A stretch of 42,916 nucleotides of DNA, from IMG/VR virus record IMGVR_UViG_3300034157_000063; one strand, 5' to 3'. The DNA is from a virus (Duplodnaviria; Heunggongvirae; Uroviricota; Caudoviricetes). The notes below the pieces were generated by a model, which saw only the letters and a list, made by a program, of their open reading frames with translations, had not been told where the DNA came from and did no database searches. Both the position numbers and the translations under genes were made by a program. Positions 7,991 to 17,771 of this stretch are shown in pieces (positions within the stretch are counted from its first letter, which is position 1; every line of letters begins with the position of its first letter).

Positions 7991-8818
7991 ATGGGTGGTT
8001 CTGTTCAATTAGTTGTTCGCAATAAAGAAGGTGCTATCACTGCATTGCCAGTGTGGACAAATAGCATGGCTTCATTGTTGCTTAAAAACCCTAAATTTCT
8101 TGCAGGTGACTTCTCCTATTTGACTGAGTTTGTTAATTATCACCGTGAACTGATGGCCGATTATGACGCCAACCATGTCACTCGCACCTTTAAAGATTCG
8201 AATGCTGGCTTGTTTGGTTCTAAACCCTTCGGTGGTTTGGCTCCTATTGAATATGGTATTGTTGTGATTGACTTCAAAGAAATGAAAATCATTGACATGC
8301 AAGATTACACCAGTGCTTCCAATATTTATATGGCAGTAAAACGCACTGTGGGTGGACAAGATCTTGAAGTGGTTTCTTTGAGCAGTTCTGGTAAAGACGT
8401 TCAAGATATTGAAGAATTTATTTCAAAAGGATTTATTAAGGCCGTTAAGACTTCGTTTGAATCAGATATCAACTTCGATATTTCTGATTTACGAACTCTG
8501 CATGATGTATTGAACTTCTTGGATGATAAGCTTCATAACGTTGATATTCCAATGTCTTTTAAATTTCAAGATATGTCATCTGTTTTAAAATCTTTGGATA
8601 AGCACCTTAGTATTGACCCAATGATTAAGCTTCGTGAGATGGAGTCATTTCAACTTGATTTGGTCATTGATCAACAAGGTTTTGAAGTGCTGACGTATAA
8701 ACCTCGTAACCGCGAAAATATTTCAAAGGTAAAAGAAGAAATGATTAAACTGGGATTTCCTTTGACTGCTTGTGATAATGATCGTTGGGAGCTTTTCGAG
8801 CAATCTCGATCTGAATAG
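7991..8818 (+). CDS. Hypothetical protein
   Basis: 275-aa ORF with SD AGGAG. Confidence 0.8.
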   Translation: MGGSVQLVVRNKEGAITALPVWTNSMASLLLKNPKFLAGDFSYLTEFVNYHRELMADYDANHVTRTFKDSNAGLFGSKPFGGLAPIEYGIVVIDFKEMKIIDMQDYTSASNIYMAVKRTVGGQDLEVVSLSSSGKDVQDIEEFISKGFIKAVKTSFESDINFDISDLRTLHDVLNFLDDKLHNVDIPMSFKFQDMSSVLKSLDKHLSIDPMIKLREMESFQLDLVIDQQGFEVLTYKPRNRENISKVKEEMIKLGFPLTACDNDRWELFEQSRSE

Positions 8819-8826
8819 GTTATTGT

Positions 8827-9534
8827 ATGATAATTGTAGCCATTAATAGTTTACTAACGAAAGGTGAAACCTTTTTAACTAAGGTATTCGACAATAGAAC
8901 CGACACTTCAGTCAGTCGTGTTGACCTTCTATTTAGTTTTGTTTTTTCACCATTTATGCTACTTTTATTTTTTAATCTTATCAATATTTTTAAAAGTTTA
9001 ACAATAACAGTCATCAAGGAAGATGCTCTTTTGTGGAAATATATGTTTTATTTCCCTTTAACTTCCTTTCTATTCTTATTTTTTGTTTATGCGTTTTACA
9101 TGTATAAACATCGTTCTATTTTCATGTATTCACTGGGAAACCCGGTTTTAAAACTATTAGGTTTTTTGATGTTTGTCTTTTTTGTTTCAATGTCTTATGA
9201 AAAAATACATATTTGTTTGGCTACTGTTCTATTACTCATTAATGCTTTTTCGATTGTTTCGTTGATTGGGACTAATCTTATTGTTTCAGAAAATATAAGA
9301 AATTCAAAAGAGATTAATCAATTCAAAATCACATTTTTTAGTCTTGAAGGCGAACAACGTGGATTTACATTTTTAAGAAATATTCGTATCTTTTACTATC
9401 CTACTCATGTCCTTTTAGAACAATATAAAATAAGTTACAAGGATGTTCGGATTTTCGAACATCAATTTAGTAAAAAGTTATATGATTTTGATACAGATGA
9501 ACTTACTGTAGTAAAGATGTATGCATTTCATTAA
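8827..9534 (+). CDS. Multi-pass membrane protein
   Basis: About four long hydrophobic segments. Confidence 0.7.
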   Translation: MIIVAINSLLTKGETFLTKVFDNRTDTSVSRVDLLFSFVFSPFMLLLFFNLINIFKSLTITVIKEDALLWKYMFYFPLTSFLFLFFVYAFYMYKHRSIFMYSLGNPVLKLLGFLMFVFFVSMSYEKIHICLATVLLLINAFSIVSLIGTNLIVSENIRNSKEINQFKITFFSLEGEQRGFTFLRNIRIFYYPTHVLLEQYKISYKDVRIFEHQFSKKLYDFDTDELTVVKMYAFH

Positions 9535-9565
9535 TGATTACATTGTTAAAAAATGTTAATAAAAT

Positions 9566-9594
9566 AAAAACCCGGTCATCGCTACCGGGGTTTT
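9566..9594. terminator. Probable bidirectional terminator between convergent genes
   Basis: AAAAACCCGGT...ACCGGGGTTTT. Confidence 0.7.
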
Positions 9595-9601
9595 CTTTGG
9601 T

Positions 9602-10228
9602 CTAAATTCTAGCCATTTCAGTTAACAGTCCATATTCTTTGAAATCCTTTTCAATAACATTATCCCATGCTTGAAAAACCCTTTTCCTGTGAACATTCAA
9701 CCTGTTCACCGTCATGTCACCGTCCAAATTAAACACAATATGCATACTGTGATACGCACCCGAAGCAATCATTGATTGATTACTGATCAGTTGGCACATC
9801 TGTGATTTAGTGTGCGAAAAGTTTAAAACAATTTCATGGTTTTCTGGCCTATCCCATTCAAACTCAAAATCAATAAAGCACCTGATGGAATCAATATAAG
9901 AGTGCATCTGATTTGTTTCTAAATCCAATAACCTTAATGCATCAAAAAAATCAACTTGTTGGTTGCCATAATCAATCACTTTCTGAATAATGGGATGAGC
10001 TGGATACCGTGTTTCTATCTTGCCTTCTTTAAAGGTTAAAAAATCAAAATTTAAGCAGTCATTATTATTGTTAGCGAAAAGAACCGCTTTTTTATGACTT
10101 GTTTTCAAATTAAATTGATTTCCATGAGTTTTTTTAATATCATTAATTTCGATATCAAACTTAGACAGCATTGTTTTAATGTTTTCGAAATTTGCATAAC
10201 TGTCAACGTCAGTATTTTGTGTATTCAT
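9602..10228 (-). CDS. Hypothetical protein with C-terminal Y..L.EM..I motif
   Basis: Ends KEYGLLTEMARI. Confidence 0.75.
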   Translation of the reverse strand: MNTQNTDVDSYANFENIKTMLSKFDIEINDIKKTHGNQFNLKTSHKKAVLFANNNNDCLNFDFLTFKEGKIETRYPAHPIIQKVIDYGNQQVDFFDALRLLDLETNQMHSYIDSIRCFIDFEFEWDRPENHEIVLNFSHTKSQMCQLISNQSMIASGAYHSMHIVFNLDGDMTVNRLNVHRKRVFQAWDNVIEKDFKEYGLLTEMARI

Positions 10229-10255
10229 TTTTTAAGCCTCTTGACTTTTAAGTTG

Positions 10256-11092
10256 TTATATTTCTGCCATTTCATTTAATGCAACATACTTTAATAAATT
10301 GTCTGCATTCATCTCAGCGAAATCACTTTTTGAGATTTCTATTTTATAGCGTTGATACAAAATGTTGAATATATAGTTTCTGACTGTCTTGTTAACCATG
10401 TTCAATATATTTTCTAATGTTTCGATTTCATAGATGCCATTCTTTTCTAATACATAAATATTAGGAAAGTTTTTGTCTAGTGAAATACAAATTTTTGTTC
10501 TTTTTGAAGTGTTTAATGGTAGTGATGTTTCCATAACAGGAATATATTTATTCCTAGATTCATCTTTAACAATAATCATTTTAATGATTTGTGTCACAGA
10601 AAGATTAATGACGCTCTTATTCCAAGGATACAGTTTAAATTCGTAATTAAAATGGTCAAAATTTTCCCAGTTTTTCACACCATCTTTCGGTTCTTTAAGC
10701 CGATCTTTCTTTCTTTTAAAGAATGATAACCATGAAAAATCTTCAATGTTTTTTGTTTTTAAAGGCTCGACTGTAAATGATAGTGCTTGATACAAATCAG
10801 ATAATTTGTTTATTGTTGATTTATACAAAGTCATATCAAAGGGATATAAATTTGTCAATACTGTCAGCATTTTTTCTTGGTCGTCTACTGTCCTAGAACG
10901 AATTGAAAAGTGAAATGATTGAATCTCTTTAAATGCATGGATGCTGCATTCATCAAGTGAATTTTTACTAAAAAGATGATGATTATGTCGGTATGTGTAT
11001 TCAAATTCACCCTCTAAATTGTCAATAATAGACTCTAGAACCTCTTTGGTTAATTTAGCATGACTATCAATCTTTTCCTTTTCCATACGCAC
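10256..11092 (-). CDS. Hypothetical protein with C-terminal Y..L.EM..I motif
   Basis: Ends LKYVALNEMAEI; SD AGAGG. Confidence 0.75.
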   Translation of the reverse strand: MRMEKEKIDSHAKLTKEVLESIIDNLEGEFEYTYRHNHHLFSKNSLDECSIHAFKEIQSFHFSIRSRTVDDQEKMLTVLTNLYPFDMTLYKSTINKLSDLYQALSFTVEPLKTKNIEDFSWLSFFKRKKDRLKEPKDGVKNWENFDHFNYEFKLYPWNKSVINLSVTQIIKMIIVKDESRNKYIPVMETSLPLNTSKRTKICISLDKNFPNIYVLEKNGIYEIETLENILNMVNKTVRNYIFNILYQRYKIEISKSDFAEMNADNLLKYVALNEMAEI

Positions 11093-11211
11093 CTCTTTTA
11101 ATGCCTTATTTTAACAGAAAACACTCTATATATCAAGTTAAACTATCATTGCTAAAATCTCTCTCATCTGTTATAATCTAGCCCTTGCTGTATTTAATTC
11201 TTGGAGATTAT

Positions 11212-12669
11212 ATGTCTAAAATATCAACTGATGATTGCAAAGATTTCTTGATGAAGACTTACCCTGACAGTAACCGTACTAAATGGAAACGTGTGAGTAA
11301 GTATAAAGATGATAATGGTCTGGTCTGTCGGGACTTTAATAACCCTACCGTGGGCGATGTAACACTTGTTGAAGTGAATGACACGCTCGAACTCAAACAA
11401 TCAGTCGCTGTTGATGTTGCACCAGTCACTATTAAAGATAATACCATTATCGTGAAATCCTTTTCTAAAAAAGACATGACCGATGCAAAACGTCTTGTAA
11501 GCAAATATGTAAATAGTGATGGCGAAGAAGAAATCTCTGATGACAATAAAGGCTTTATTGCTATCCCATCCCAAGTTATCTATCGTTTTAGTATTCTGGA
11601 TGGTGACTATAAAGATATTCTTGACGGCATTAACGTGAATGGTGATTATAACGCTAAGTTGGATAGCTTCTGTCTTGAAATTTTCCCAGCAGTGGGCGAA
11701 TACAATGAACACATGGACTATCTTATTGGTTCATTTTTGCCAGAAAATGATGGTGAGGCAATGGAATGTACGTTTGAATTCAGCTATGAAGAACCTATCA
11801 GTATCAAAGAAATGGCTCAGAAAATGGCAAGTGCTGGATTTATCTACAGTAAAGATGATTGTTTCCTTGCTGATACCGTCAGTAAGCTTGAGTTTGTCAA
11901 TGAAGTGATTAAAGTTGAATCGTCTTCGCTGATTGATGTTAAAGCTGCATTTGAAGAAGCTATCAAAACAGATGATGGCGATGTACTTGATGAAGCTCTT
12001 TCTAATGGTGGTCTACTGAATTTTAAATATAAGAAAGCTATTCCGTTGGTTTATTGTATGCAAAACAACCTTGTTAATTGTTTTAAAGTCTTGGTTAAAC
12101 ATGAACCTAATTTAGCAAAAGGTGTTAAATATTCTGGTAATCCTGTATGGGCAGAAGCTGTTTCTGAGGTCGTTCTTGGTCATTCATTTGATTATCTCAC
12201 TTACTTGCTAGAACAGGGTAAATATGATTTCAAGAAAGCTAGCCCAGTAGAGAATCAAATGCTGATGTCTGTTCTGGTTGAAAGAAACTTGTTGGATACA
12301 TACAGGAATATTCTCAATGATAAAGTTCGCTCAGCCTTAACGCTACACATGATGATGGATGATCCCGACCCTTTTAGTAATCCTAATATTGCACAAGATC
12401 TTCATGATGCTATGTATAAATACGCTAAATATATGAATGAAGTTGGTTATTTCGGAGCCAGATTTAGTATGGGCATTGTATCACCACCTATTTTAGACAT
12501 GATGGTTGACGCTAAATTTAGAATCCATTATGAGTCGTTGGAGCTTGATCTTGAATCTCAAATTGAATTATTTAAAACAGGTAGACGCGGTGATGGATTC
12601 ACCAAATCCCAAGTGGATGATGCCATTGTTCGTTACACAAAAGCGATTGAGAAACTTAGAAAAGGCTAG
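11212..12669 (+). CDS. MSKI(S/T) family protein with ankyrin-like C-terminal region
   Basis: Start ATG 11212 after GGAG; N-terminus matches ORFs at 17772 and 18529; PLVYCMQNNLVNCFKVLVKHEPNL is ankyrin-like. Confidence 0.75.
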   Translation: MSKISTDDCKDFLMKTYPDSNRTKWKRVSKYKDDNGLVCRDFNNPTVGDVTLVEVNDTLELKQSVAVDVAPVTIKDNTIIVKSFSKKDMTDAKRLVSKYVNSDGEEEISDDNKGFIAIPSQVIYRFSILDGDYKDILDGINVNGDYNAKLDSFCLEIFPAVGEYNEHMDYLIGSFLPENDGEAMECTFEFSYEEPISIKEMAQKMASAGFIYSKDDCFLADTVSKLEFVNEVIKVESSSLIDVKAAFEEAIKTDDGDVLDEALSNGGLLNFKYKKAIPLVYCMQNNLVNCFKVLVKHEPNLAKGVKYSGNPVWAEAVSEVVLGHSFDYLTYLLEQGKYDFKKASPVENQMLMSVLVERNLLDTYRNILNDKVRSALTLHMMMDDPDPFSNPNIAQDLHDAMYKYAKYMNEVGYFGARFSMGIVSPPILDMMVDAKFRIHYESLELDLESQIELFKTGRRGDGFTKSQVDDAIVRYTKAIEKLRKG

Positions 12670-12720
12670 TCCTTTTCTACTGTTTATGCTATAATCGTTA
12701 CACTAAAAGGGGAGTTTTAT

Positions 12721-13149
12721 ATGAAAAGTGTTGTTTTGTTCTTAGACTTTGATGGCGTGTTTCATCCGTTGATGAGCAGTGGTCTTAAATTCGTGGATCT
12801 CCCTAATTTTGAAAATTTCATTCGTAAACATAAAGACCGTTTTGATTTTAAACTGGTGATTAGCAGCACTTGGCGTCGAGAATATACCTTGTCTCAAATC
12901 TCCAAGTTCTTTTCACCAGACATTGCTCTTTTGCTGGTAGGCGTTACGCCTGTTCTCAATACCATTGGTGACGGTGTTCGTTATGAGGAAGCTCAACAAT
13001 GGCGTGCCTTCAATGATATGACTTCGCCTTGGTTTGCTCTGGATGATGACCATTATGCATGGGATCGTGTTGAACAGCTTGTTTGGTGTCATGATAAATT
13101 TCAAGAGCGTGAAATCGGTATTTTAGAAGAGAAACTTAACGCCCTCTAA
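12721..13149 (+). CDS. HAD-family phosphatase resembling the HAD domain of RNA-repair ('Swiss Army Knife') proteins
   Basis: LFLDFDGVFH, VISSTWR, VGVTP, R.EE..QW, WFALDDD. Confidence 0.8.
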   Translation: MKSVVLFLDFDGVFHPLMSSGLKFVDLPNFENFIRKHKDRFDFKLVISSTWRREYTLSQISKFFSPDIALLLVGVTPVLNTIGDGVRYEEAQQWRAFNDMTSPWFALDDDHYAWDRVEQLVWCHDKFQEREIGILEEKLNAL

Positions 13150-13256
13150 TAGCTTGTAAAACATATAAATCAATCTGTTTCAATCTTCGTGGTTGATACG
13201 TGGTTGATTTTTTTTCATTTTCGTATATTATTAACTTAAAGAAGGAGTTAGCATTC

Positions 13257-13955
13257 ATGAGAAAAACAAATATAAAAATTAAAGGTGGTATTGAGATTGT
13301 ATCAATTATGATAACTGCAGGTGTTCTCTGTGCCCTTGCTGCTATTCTTTTATTGGTATTAACATTTACTCTTAAACCAGAAAGTGTTATCAAAAATGAT
13401 GTTGCGTCAACAAAAGAATTATTTAATGCAATTGATACTCAGATGGCACTTAAAAGTCATGGTGTGTTCATGACCTTAGATCCAACAGGTGAAACTTATG
13501 ATCTGGTTAGTGCTGTTGTAACCAACAATGGTATAGAGTCTGTGAAAGATTTTAAAAATTATAAAGAAATTAATCCTGCTATGGTTGATTATTATACTGA
13601 TTTTCATGAAGATAAAGAATCTGCTTATACTGTAACATATTCTATCAATTTTAGTGAAAGCAAAGTTGACAATATTTATCTTGTTAGAAAAATTCAACAT
13701 GAAAGTTATTTTGGTCCTAATGAACATGCTACGTTAAGTCATATTATATTCAACTTAAATAAAGAACATAACATTAAACCAGCAACCAGTCTTCGTCTTG
13801 AACTAACACCCATAAAAATGACTAATGGGGAAGCTTATCACTACTTCGCAAAAGAAGCAGATATTACTAAACCCGTTGCTTTTGATGCTTGTAAAGAAAC
13901 GCTGGATTGTGTCTATATCTCACGATACCGAACAACGATTCCAAAATCACTTTAA
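13257..13955 (+). CDS. Membrane-anchored protein
   Basis: Start ATG 13257 after AAGGAG; basic N-terminus followed by one transmembrane segment. Confidence 0.7.
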   Translation: MRKTNIKIKGGIEIVSIMITAGVLCALAAILLLVLTFTLKPESVIKNDVASTKELFNAIDTQMALKSHGVFMTLDPTGETYDLVSAVVTNNGIESVKDFKNYKEINPAMVDYYTDFHEDKESAYTVTYSINFSESKVDNIYLVRKIQHESYFGPNEHATLSHIIFNLNKEHNIKPATSLRLELTPIKMTNGEAYHYFAKEADITKPVAFDACKETLDCVYISRYRTTIPKSL

Positions 13956-14033
13956 ACTGCTTAGGCAGTTTTTTGTTGTCTTGCGACTTTTAAATCTTTC
14001 TGATATACTCTTGGATGGCTTAGGAGAATTATT

Positions 14034-14495
14034 ATGACTAAAGAAGAATGTGTACTATTTCTGGATTTTGATGGAGTTCTCCATTTCTTTTTTCCAGAAG
14101 AAAATAGTACGGATGAAGAAAATCAGTTTTTCTATTTCATCCCACAGTTTGAACGCTTTATTAGAGCGTTCACTGATAAAGTTAACTTTAAAATTGTGAT
14201 TTCCAGCACTTGGCGTGACAACAAAACGTTTAATCAACTTAAAGCCCCTTTTTCAAAAGATATTCAAGAAATGATTGTAGGTGTTACTCCCAATCATTAT
14301 GATAACAGTGAAGGTAGCCGTTTACGTGAAGCCCAAGAATGGTTGATGATTAATCAATATGATGGTTCATGGATAGCGATTGACGACAATGCCAATATTT
14401 GGTATAATGCACCCGAGTTATTTTTCTGCGAGAATGGTCTTAAACAATCTGTTATTGATGATTTCATTGCTCGCTTTGACCTATTAAGGAGTTAA
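14034..14495 (+). CDS. HAD-family phosphatase of the RNA-repair type, paralog 2
   Basis: LFLDFDGVLH, VISSTWR, VGVTP, R..EA.EW, WIAIDD. Confidence 0.8.
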   Translation: MTKEECVLFLDFDGVLHFFFPEENSTDEENQFFYFIPQFERFIRAFTDKVNFKIVISSTWRDNKTFNQLKAPFSKDIQEMIVGVTPNHYDNSEGSRLREAQEWLMINQYDGSWIAIDDNANIWYNAPELFFCENGLKQSVIDDFIARFDLLRS

Positions 14496-14498
14496 TCC

Positions 14499-14975
14499 AT
14501 GAAGTATGATTTAACTGTAGCCAGTGAATTCGAAATTGTTCACGATTGTTACCGTTCATTTAGTATTGATATTTTGGCTATGCCTAAGAATTTTATCTTT
14601 CGAACTTTTTTTGAGAGTGAGTTCAATGCTTTTCGTGTCATTAATCGTGAAGACAGTGAGTTGATTGAATTGCGTTCACCTAGACTTGGCTCTACTTATA
14701 TTGAAAAGAAAGAACTCAAGTCAGCCTTAGATCTTAATAAGCCAATTGTCATGTTTCTTAAAAATAGCAAGATCAAAGTTGTTATTCCTAAGCCTAACTT
14801 TGAATGGTTGTTTAGCACCGGGCGTGAAGACATTAAATGGAACCCCGTAGCTTCTGAACATGGTCATTTTATTCTTGAATTTGATGATAAATTTGACAAA
14901 CAATTTACTGTCTCACAAATCGCTTATTACAAGCACCCACGAGTTCAAGACATGGCGGATGTGTTCCCATTTTAA
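14499..14975 (+). CDS. Hypothetical protein
   Basis: ORF coupled to the upstream gene; SD AGGAG. Confidence 0.7.
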   Translation: MKYDLTVASEFEIVHDCYRSFSIDILAMPKNFIFRTFFESEFNAFRVINREDSELIELRSPRLGSTYIEKKELKSALDLNKPIVMFLKNSKIKVVIPKPNFEWLFSTGREDIKWNPVASEHGHFILEFDDKFDKQFTVSQIAYYKHPRVQDMADVFPF

Positions 14976-14988
14976 TTGAGGTTTCATA

Positions 14989-15918
14989 ATGAATATTAAT
15001 ACTAAGAAAAGTTTTGATGGAAAACAAGATAGACTGACCCACATTGCCAATCAGGCTAATCACAACGATGTTATTCTATCGCTTTTTTTCAGTGGTCGAA
15101 ATCTATTTATTGCCAATACCCTTTATCAGATTGAAACCTATTTGGGTAAGTTGGGTTTTGGTGTTCGTGCTGAATGGAAAGAAAGTAGCTTCAGTCATCC
15201 ATTCATTTATATTTATTACAACCATAAAAATAAACATCATCAGTATTCTTGCGAATTGAAACGCAGTAAAGAAGGTGGTTGGGATTCTGATCGTTCAAGT
15301 TCTATCATGTATAAACTCGATAGAATTACTTCTACTGAATACACACCTTATCAAATCAGTGCTCATATTCTTGCTTTGCAGCACGCTTTAGCTAGTCAGG
15401 TATTTTTTGATATGGTTAATGGTTTAGTCAATGCCTGTAATTATCCTTTTGGTGATACGACTACCAGTTATGATGATAAAATTAAAGCATTGAATGCACT
15501 CGAAAATGGTCGTGGAACTGATAATCTCGCTGAATTGTTTGAAATGAATCGTAAATATTCAGTGTGTAACCTATTGCGAGAAATCAAACGAGAATTCAGG
15601 TGTAGTGGGTTTGATGTAATTATTCACGATCCTGACCTGTCTACGGACACTTCTTTTATTACTGTTGAGCTATTGAAACCTAATGCAACCTTTGACATTA
15701 AAGTTCATCGTATTAAAGTTGATGAAATTCCAAACGGAATCAGCCCATACATGTATAAGTTTGGTTATGCTTGCAATATGAGTAGTTCAAAGTCAAAAGC
15801 ACGCCATTTGGCCGACTTTCAGGTGTATACATTACAAACACCTTTTGAAGACAAAATGGATGAACTTGTTAATGGACTTAACTACCCATTCAGTTATGAA
15901 AGCCAGTCTTCATTTTAA
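14989..15918 (+). CDS. Hypothetical protein with internal two-fold duplication
   Basis: Both halves end in ..LVN(A/G).NYPF and carry MYK motifs. Confidence 0.75.
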   Translation: MNINTKKSFDGKQDRLTHIANQANHNDVILSLFFSGRNLFIANTLYQIETYLGKLGFGVRAEWKESSFSHPFIYIYYNHKNKHHQYSCELKRSKEGGWDSDRSSSIMYKLDRITSTEYTPYQISAHILALQHALASQVFFDMVNGLVNACNYPFGDTTTSYDDKIKALNALENGRGTDNLAELFEMNRKYSVCNLLREIKREFRCSGFDVIIHDPDLSTDTSFITVELLKPNATFDIKVHRIKVDEIPNGISPYMYKFGYACNMSSSKSKARHLADFQVYTLQTPFEDKMDELVNGLNYPFSYESQSSF

Positions 15919-16006
15919 TTGAAAAAAGATACTATAAACAGCCTATTACAATTGATATATTGTGTAGGTTGTGGTATTATAATGTCTCTTAATTAGAGGA
16001 TATACG

Positions 16007-16105
16007 ATGAAAGCTAGTCAAATTACTCAGAAGTCTAAAACTGCAATGCTGTCGCTTGCTTTTATTACTCTTGTTACGGCTGTTGGTTTTACTATTGTTT
16101 CATAA
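16007..16105 (+). CDS. 32-aa single-transmembrane small protein
   Basis: SD AGAGGA and upstream TATAAT; MKASQITQKSKTAMLSLAFITLVTAVGFTIVS; absent from the ORF track. Confidence 0.65.
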   Translation: MKASQITQKSKTAMLSLAFITLVTAVGFTIVS

Positions 16106-16190
16106 TGTTTCAAGAGGATGTAAATCTATTGCAACCCACCCTACGTTTGATATAATTAATTAATAAATTACTAATGGAGTTTTAACTTTG

Positions 16191-17006
16191 ATGAAGAAAA
16201 CAATTTCGTATGCTATGATTTTTTCTGCAATTTTCATGGTCGGCTGTGAACAAAAAGAATACCAAACACCCACGGAACGTGGTGTGTCGAATTCAACACC
16301 AACTCAAACACAAACTACTGCCCCTAATAGCCAAGCTTATCAGGCCGTTTCAGAGACTGCAGAAGATAAAGAGTTGAAAGATATGGTTGCTAAAATGAAA
16401 GCCCAAGATCCTTCGATTGTTGACGCTTATTACAGTGTTGATGAAGCTGGTCAAAAGGTGCTTAACCTTGTAAAAGAAGAAGCCGGTGCTGCCGTTGATG
16501 CAGCAGGTAATGTGGTTGAAAGTGCAACCAGTGGAAGTGGTCTTAGCACATTTATGTGGGCTATGGCCGGTGGTTTGACTGCCAGTGCTTTGTTTAACGC
16601 ATTCAACAAGAATAAAGGTAACATGGCTGCTGTGAATAGTCAGTATCGTCCAATGGATACTAAGCGTGGCACTTATTCATCGTATCAAGCACAAAAGCAA
16701 TCTGCTGTCAGCAACTACCGTTCTAAGTTCACACCAGTCAATGGCATGAACTCAAATCGTAATGCGTTGTCGCCATCTGCGAATACAGCTACTCGACCAG
16801 CCACATCTGTGACTAATGCACCAACTAACAAATTTACACCCGTAACACCGAACTCAGCAACAGGTGCCCCGTTGTCTAAGGATGCTTACAGAACTCAGGT
16901 TGTAACTAAACCTAAGACCACTAGCTCAAGTTACCAATCAGTGCAACCTGCAAAAAAGACAAGTATGTTTAAGCGTAGTGGTAGCATTTTCAAAAAACGC
17001 CGCTAA
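16191..17006 (+). CDS. Lipoprotein with low-complexity, basic C-terminal tail
   Basis: Lipobox FMVGC; internal hydrophobic TFMWAMAGGLTASALF; start may be TTG 16188. Confidence 0.8.
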   Translation: MKKTISYAMIFSAIFMVGCEQKEYQTPTERGVSNSTPTQTQTTAPNSQAYQAVSETAEDKELKDMVAKMKAQDPSIVDAYYSVDEAGQKVLNLVKEEAGAAVDAAGNVVESATSGSGLSTFMWAMAGGLTASALFNAFNKNKGNMAAVNSQYRPMDTKRGTYSSYQAQKQSAVSNYRSKFTPVNGMNSNRNALSPSANTATRPATSVTNAPTNKFTPVTPNSATGAPLSKDAYRTQVVTKPKTTSSSYQSVQPAKKTSMFKRSGSIFKKRR

Positions 17007-17025
17007 AATATAAAGATACACGAAT

Positions 17026-17054
17026 AAAGACTTACTTCGGTAGGTCTTTTTTTT
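17026..17054 (+). terminator. Intrinsic terminator
   Basis: AAAGACTTAC-TTCG-GTAGGTCTTT plus T-run. Confidence 0.85.
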
Positions 17055-17082
17055 GCTTTTCAATAAAGAGGATTAATAAGTA

Positions 17083-17733
17083 ATGATTAAGCTATTTTCA
17101 GTATTATGTATGGCACTACTCCCTACATCAGTCTTTGCTGGTGAATTAGAAGTGGGTGGCACTGTCCCTACCATTGTTATTAGTGAATACCAGATAGAAA
17201 CCAGTAAAGAAGCTTTAAAAGAAGTGGCTCAAATGACCTATAAGACCACAACAAAGAAAAGCATGAAAGAAAACAATTACATTGTGAACAGTGAAGCGAT
17301 TAGGACTTCCAATATTTTATTAGACGCCGGTACCGACATCAAAACCGTTCTGGGTAGGTATGGGAAGCTTAATAAGTTTGGACAACCCTTTGTCTATGCC
17401 GATATAGAATTGAACAATGGCAGTATGGCAATTACAGCTCATCAAGAATACAAGCTATACGAAGACAAAGAGATGATTTTAACATCTCAAAATACGGTAG
17501 GTGCTTTGTATATTGATAAAAACAAGTTCTTACTCTATTCCAGTCATAATTTGAAGACTACTAATAAAGCCATCACAGGTAAAGATGGAAAGAAGATACC
17601 AGCTAGTGAGTTTTCAAAAGATATGGTGTTAACTCAAACCGTTAAGACGCCGGGTCCAAAAATATTGAATATGGTTTTTGAAGATAACTCTCCCAATATT
17701 ATTCATGTCTTTGTTGCAGACATTGTATATTGA
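17083..17733 (+). CDS. Exported protein
   Basis: Signal peptide ending VFA; SD GAGG. Confidence 0.75.
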   Translation: MIKLFSVLCMALLPTSVFAGELEVGGTVPTIVISEYQIETSKEALKEVAQMTYKTTTKKSMKENNYIVNSEAIRTSNILLDAGTDIKTVLGRYGKLNKFGQPFVYADIELNNGSMAITAHQEYKLYEDKEMILTSQNTVGALYIDKNKFLLYSSHNLKTTNKAITGKDGKKIPASEFSKDMVLTQTVKTPGPKILNMVFEDNSPNIIHVFVADIVY

Positions 17734-17736
17734 TAC

Positions 17737-17763
17737 AAAAAAGCCAGATTATATCTGGCTTTT
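17737..17763. terminator. Bidirectional terminator
   Basis: AAAAAAGCCAGAT-TAT-ATCTGGCTTTT between convergent genes. Confidence 0.8.
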
Positions 17764-17771
17764 CTTATTAC

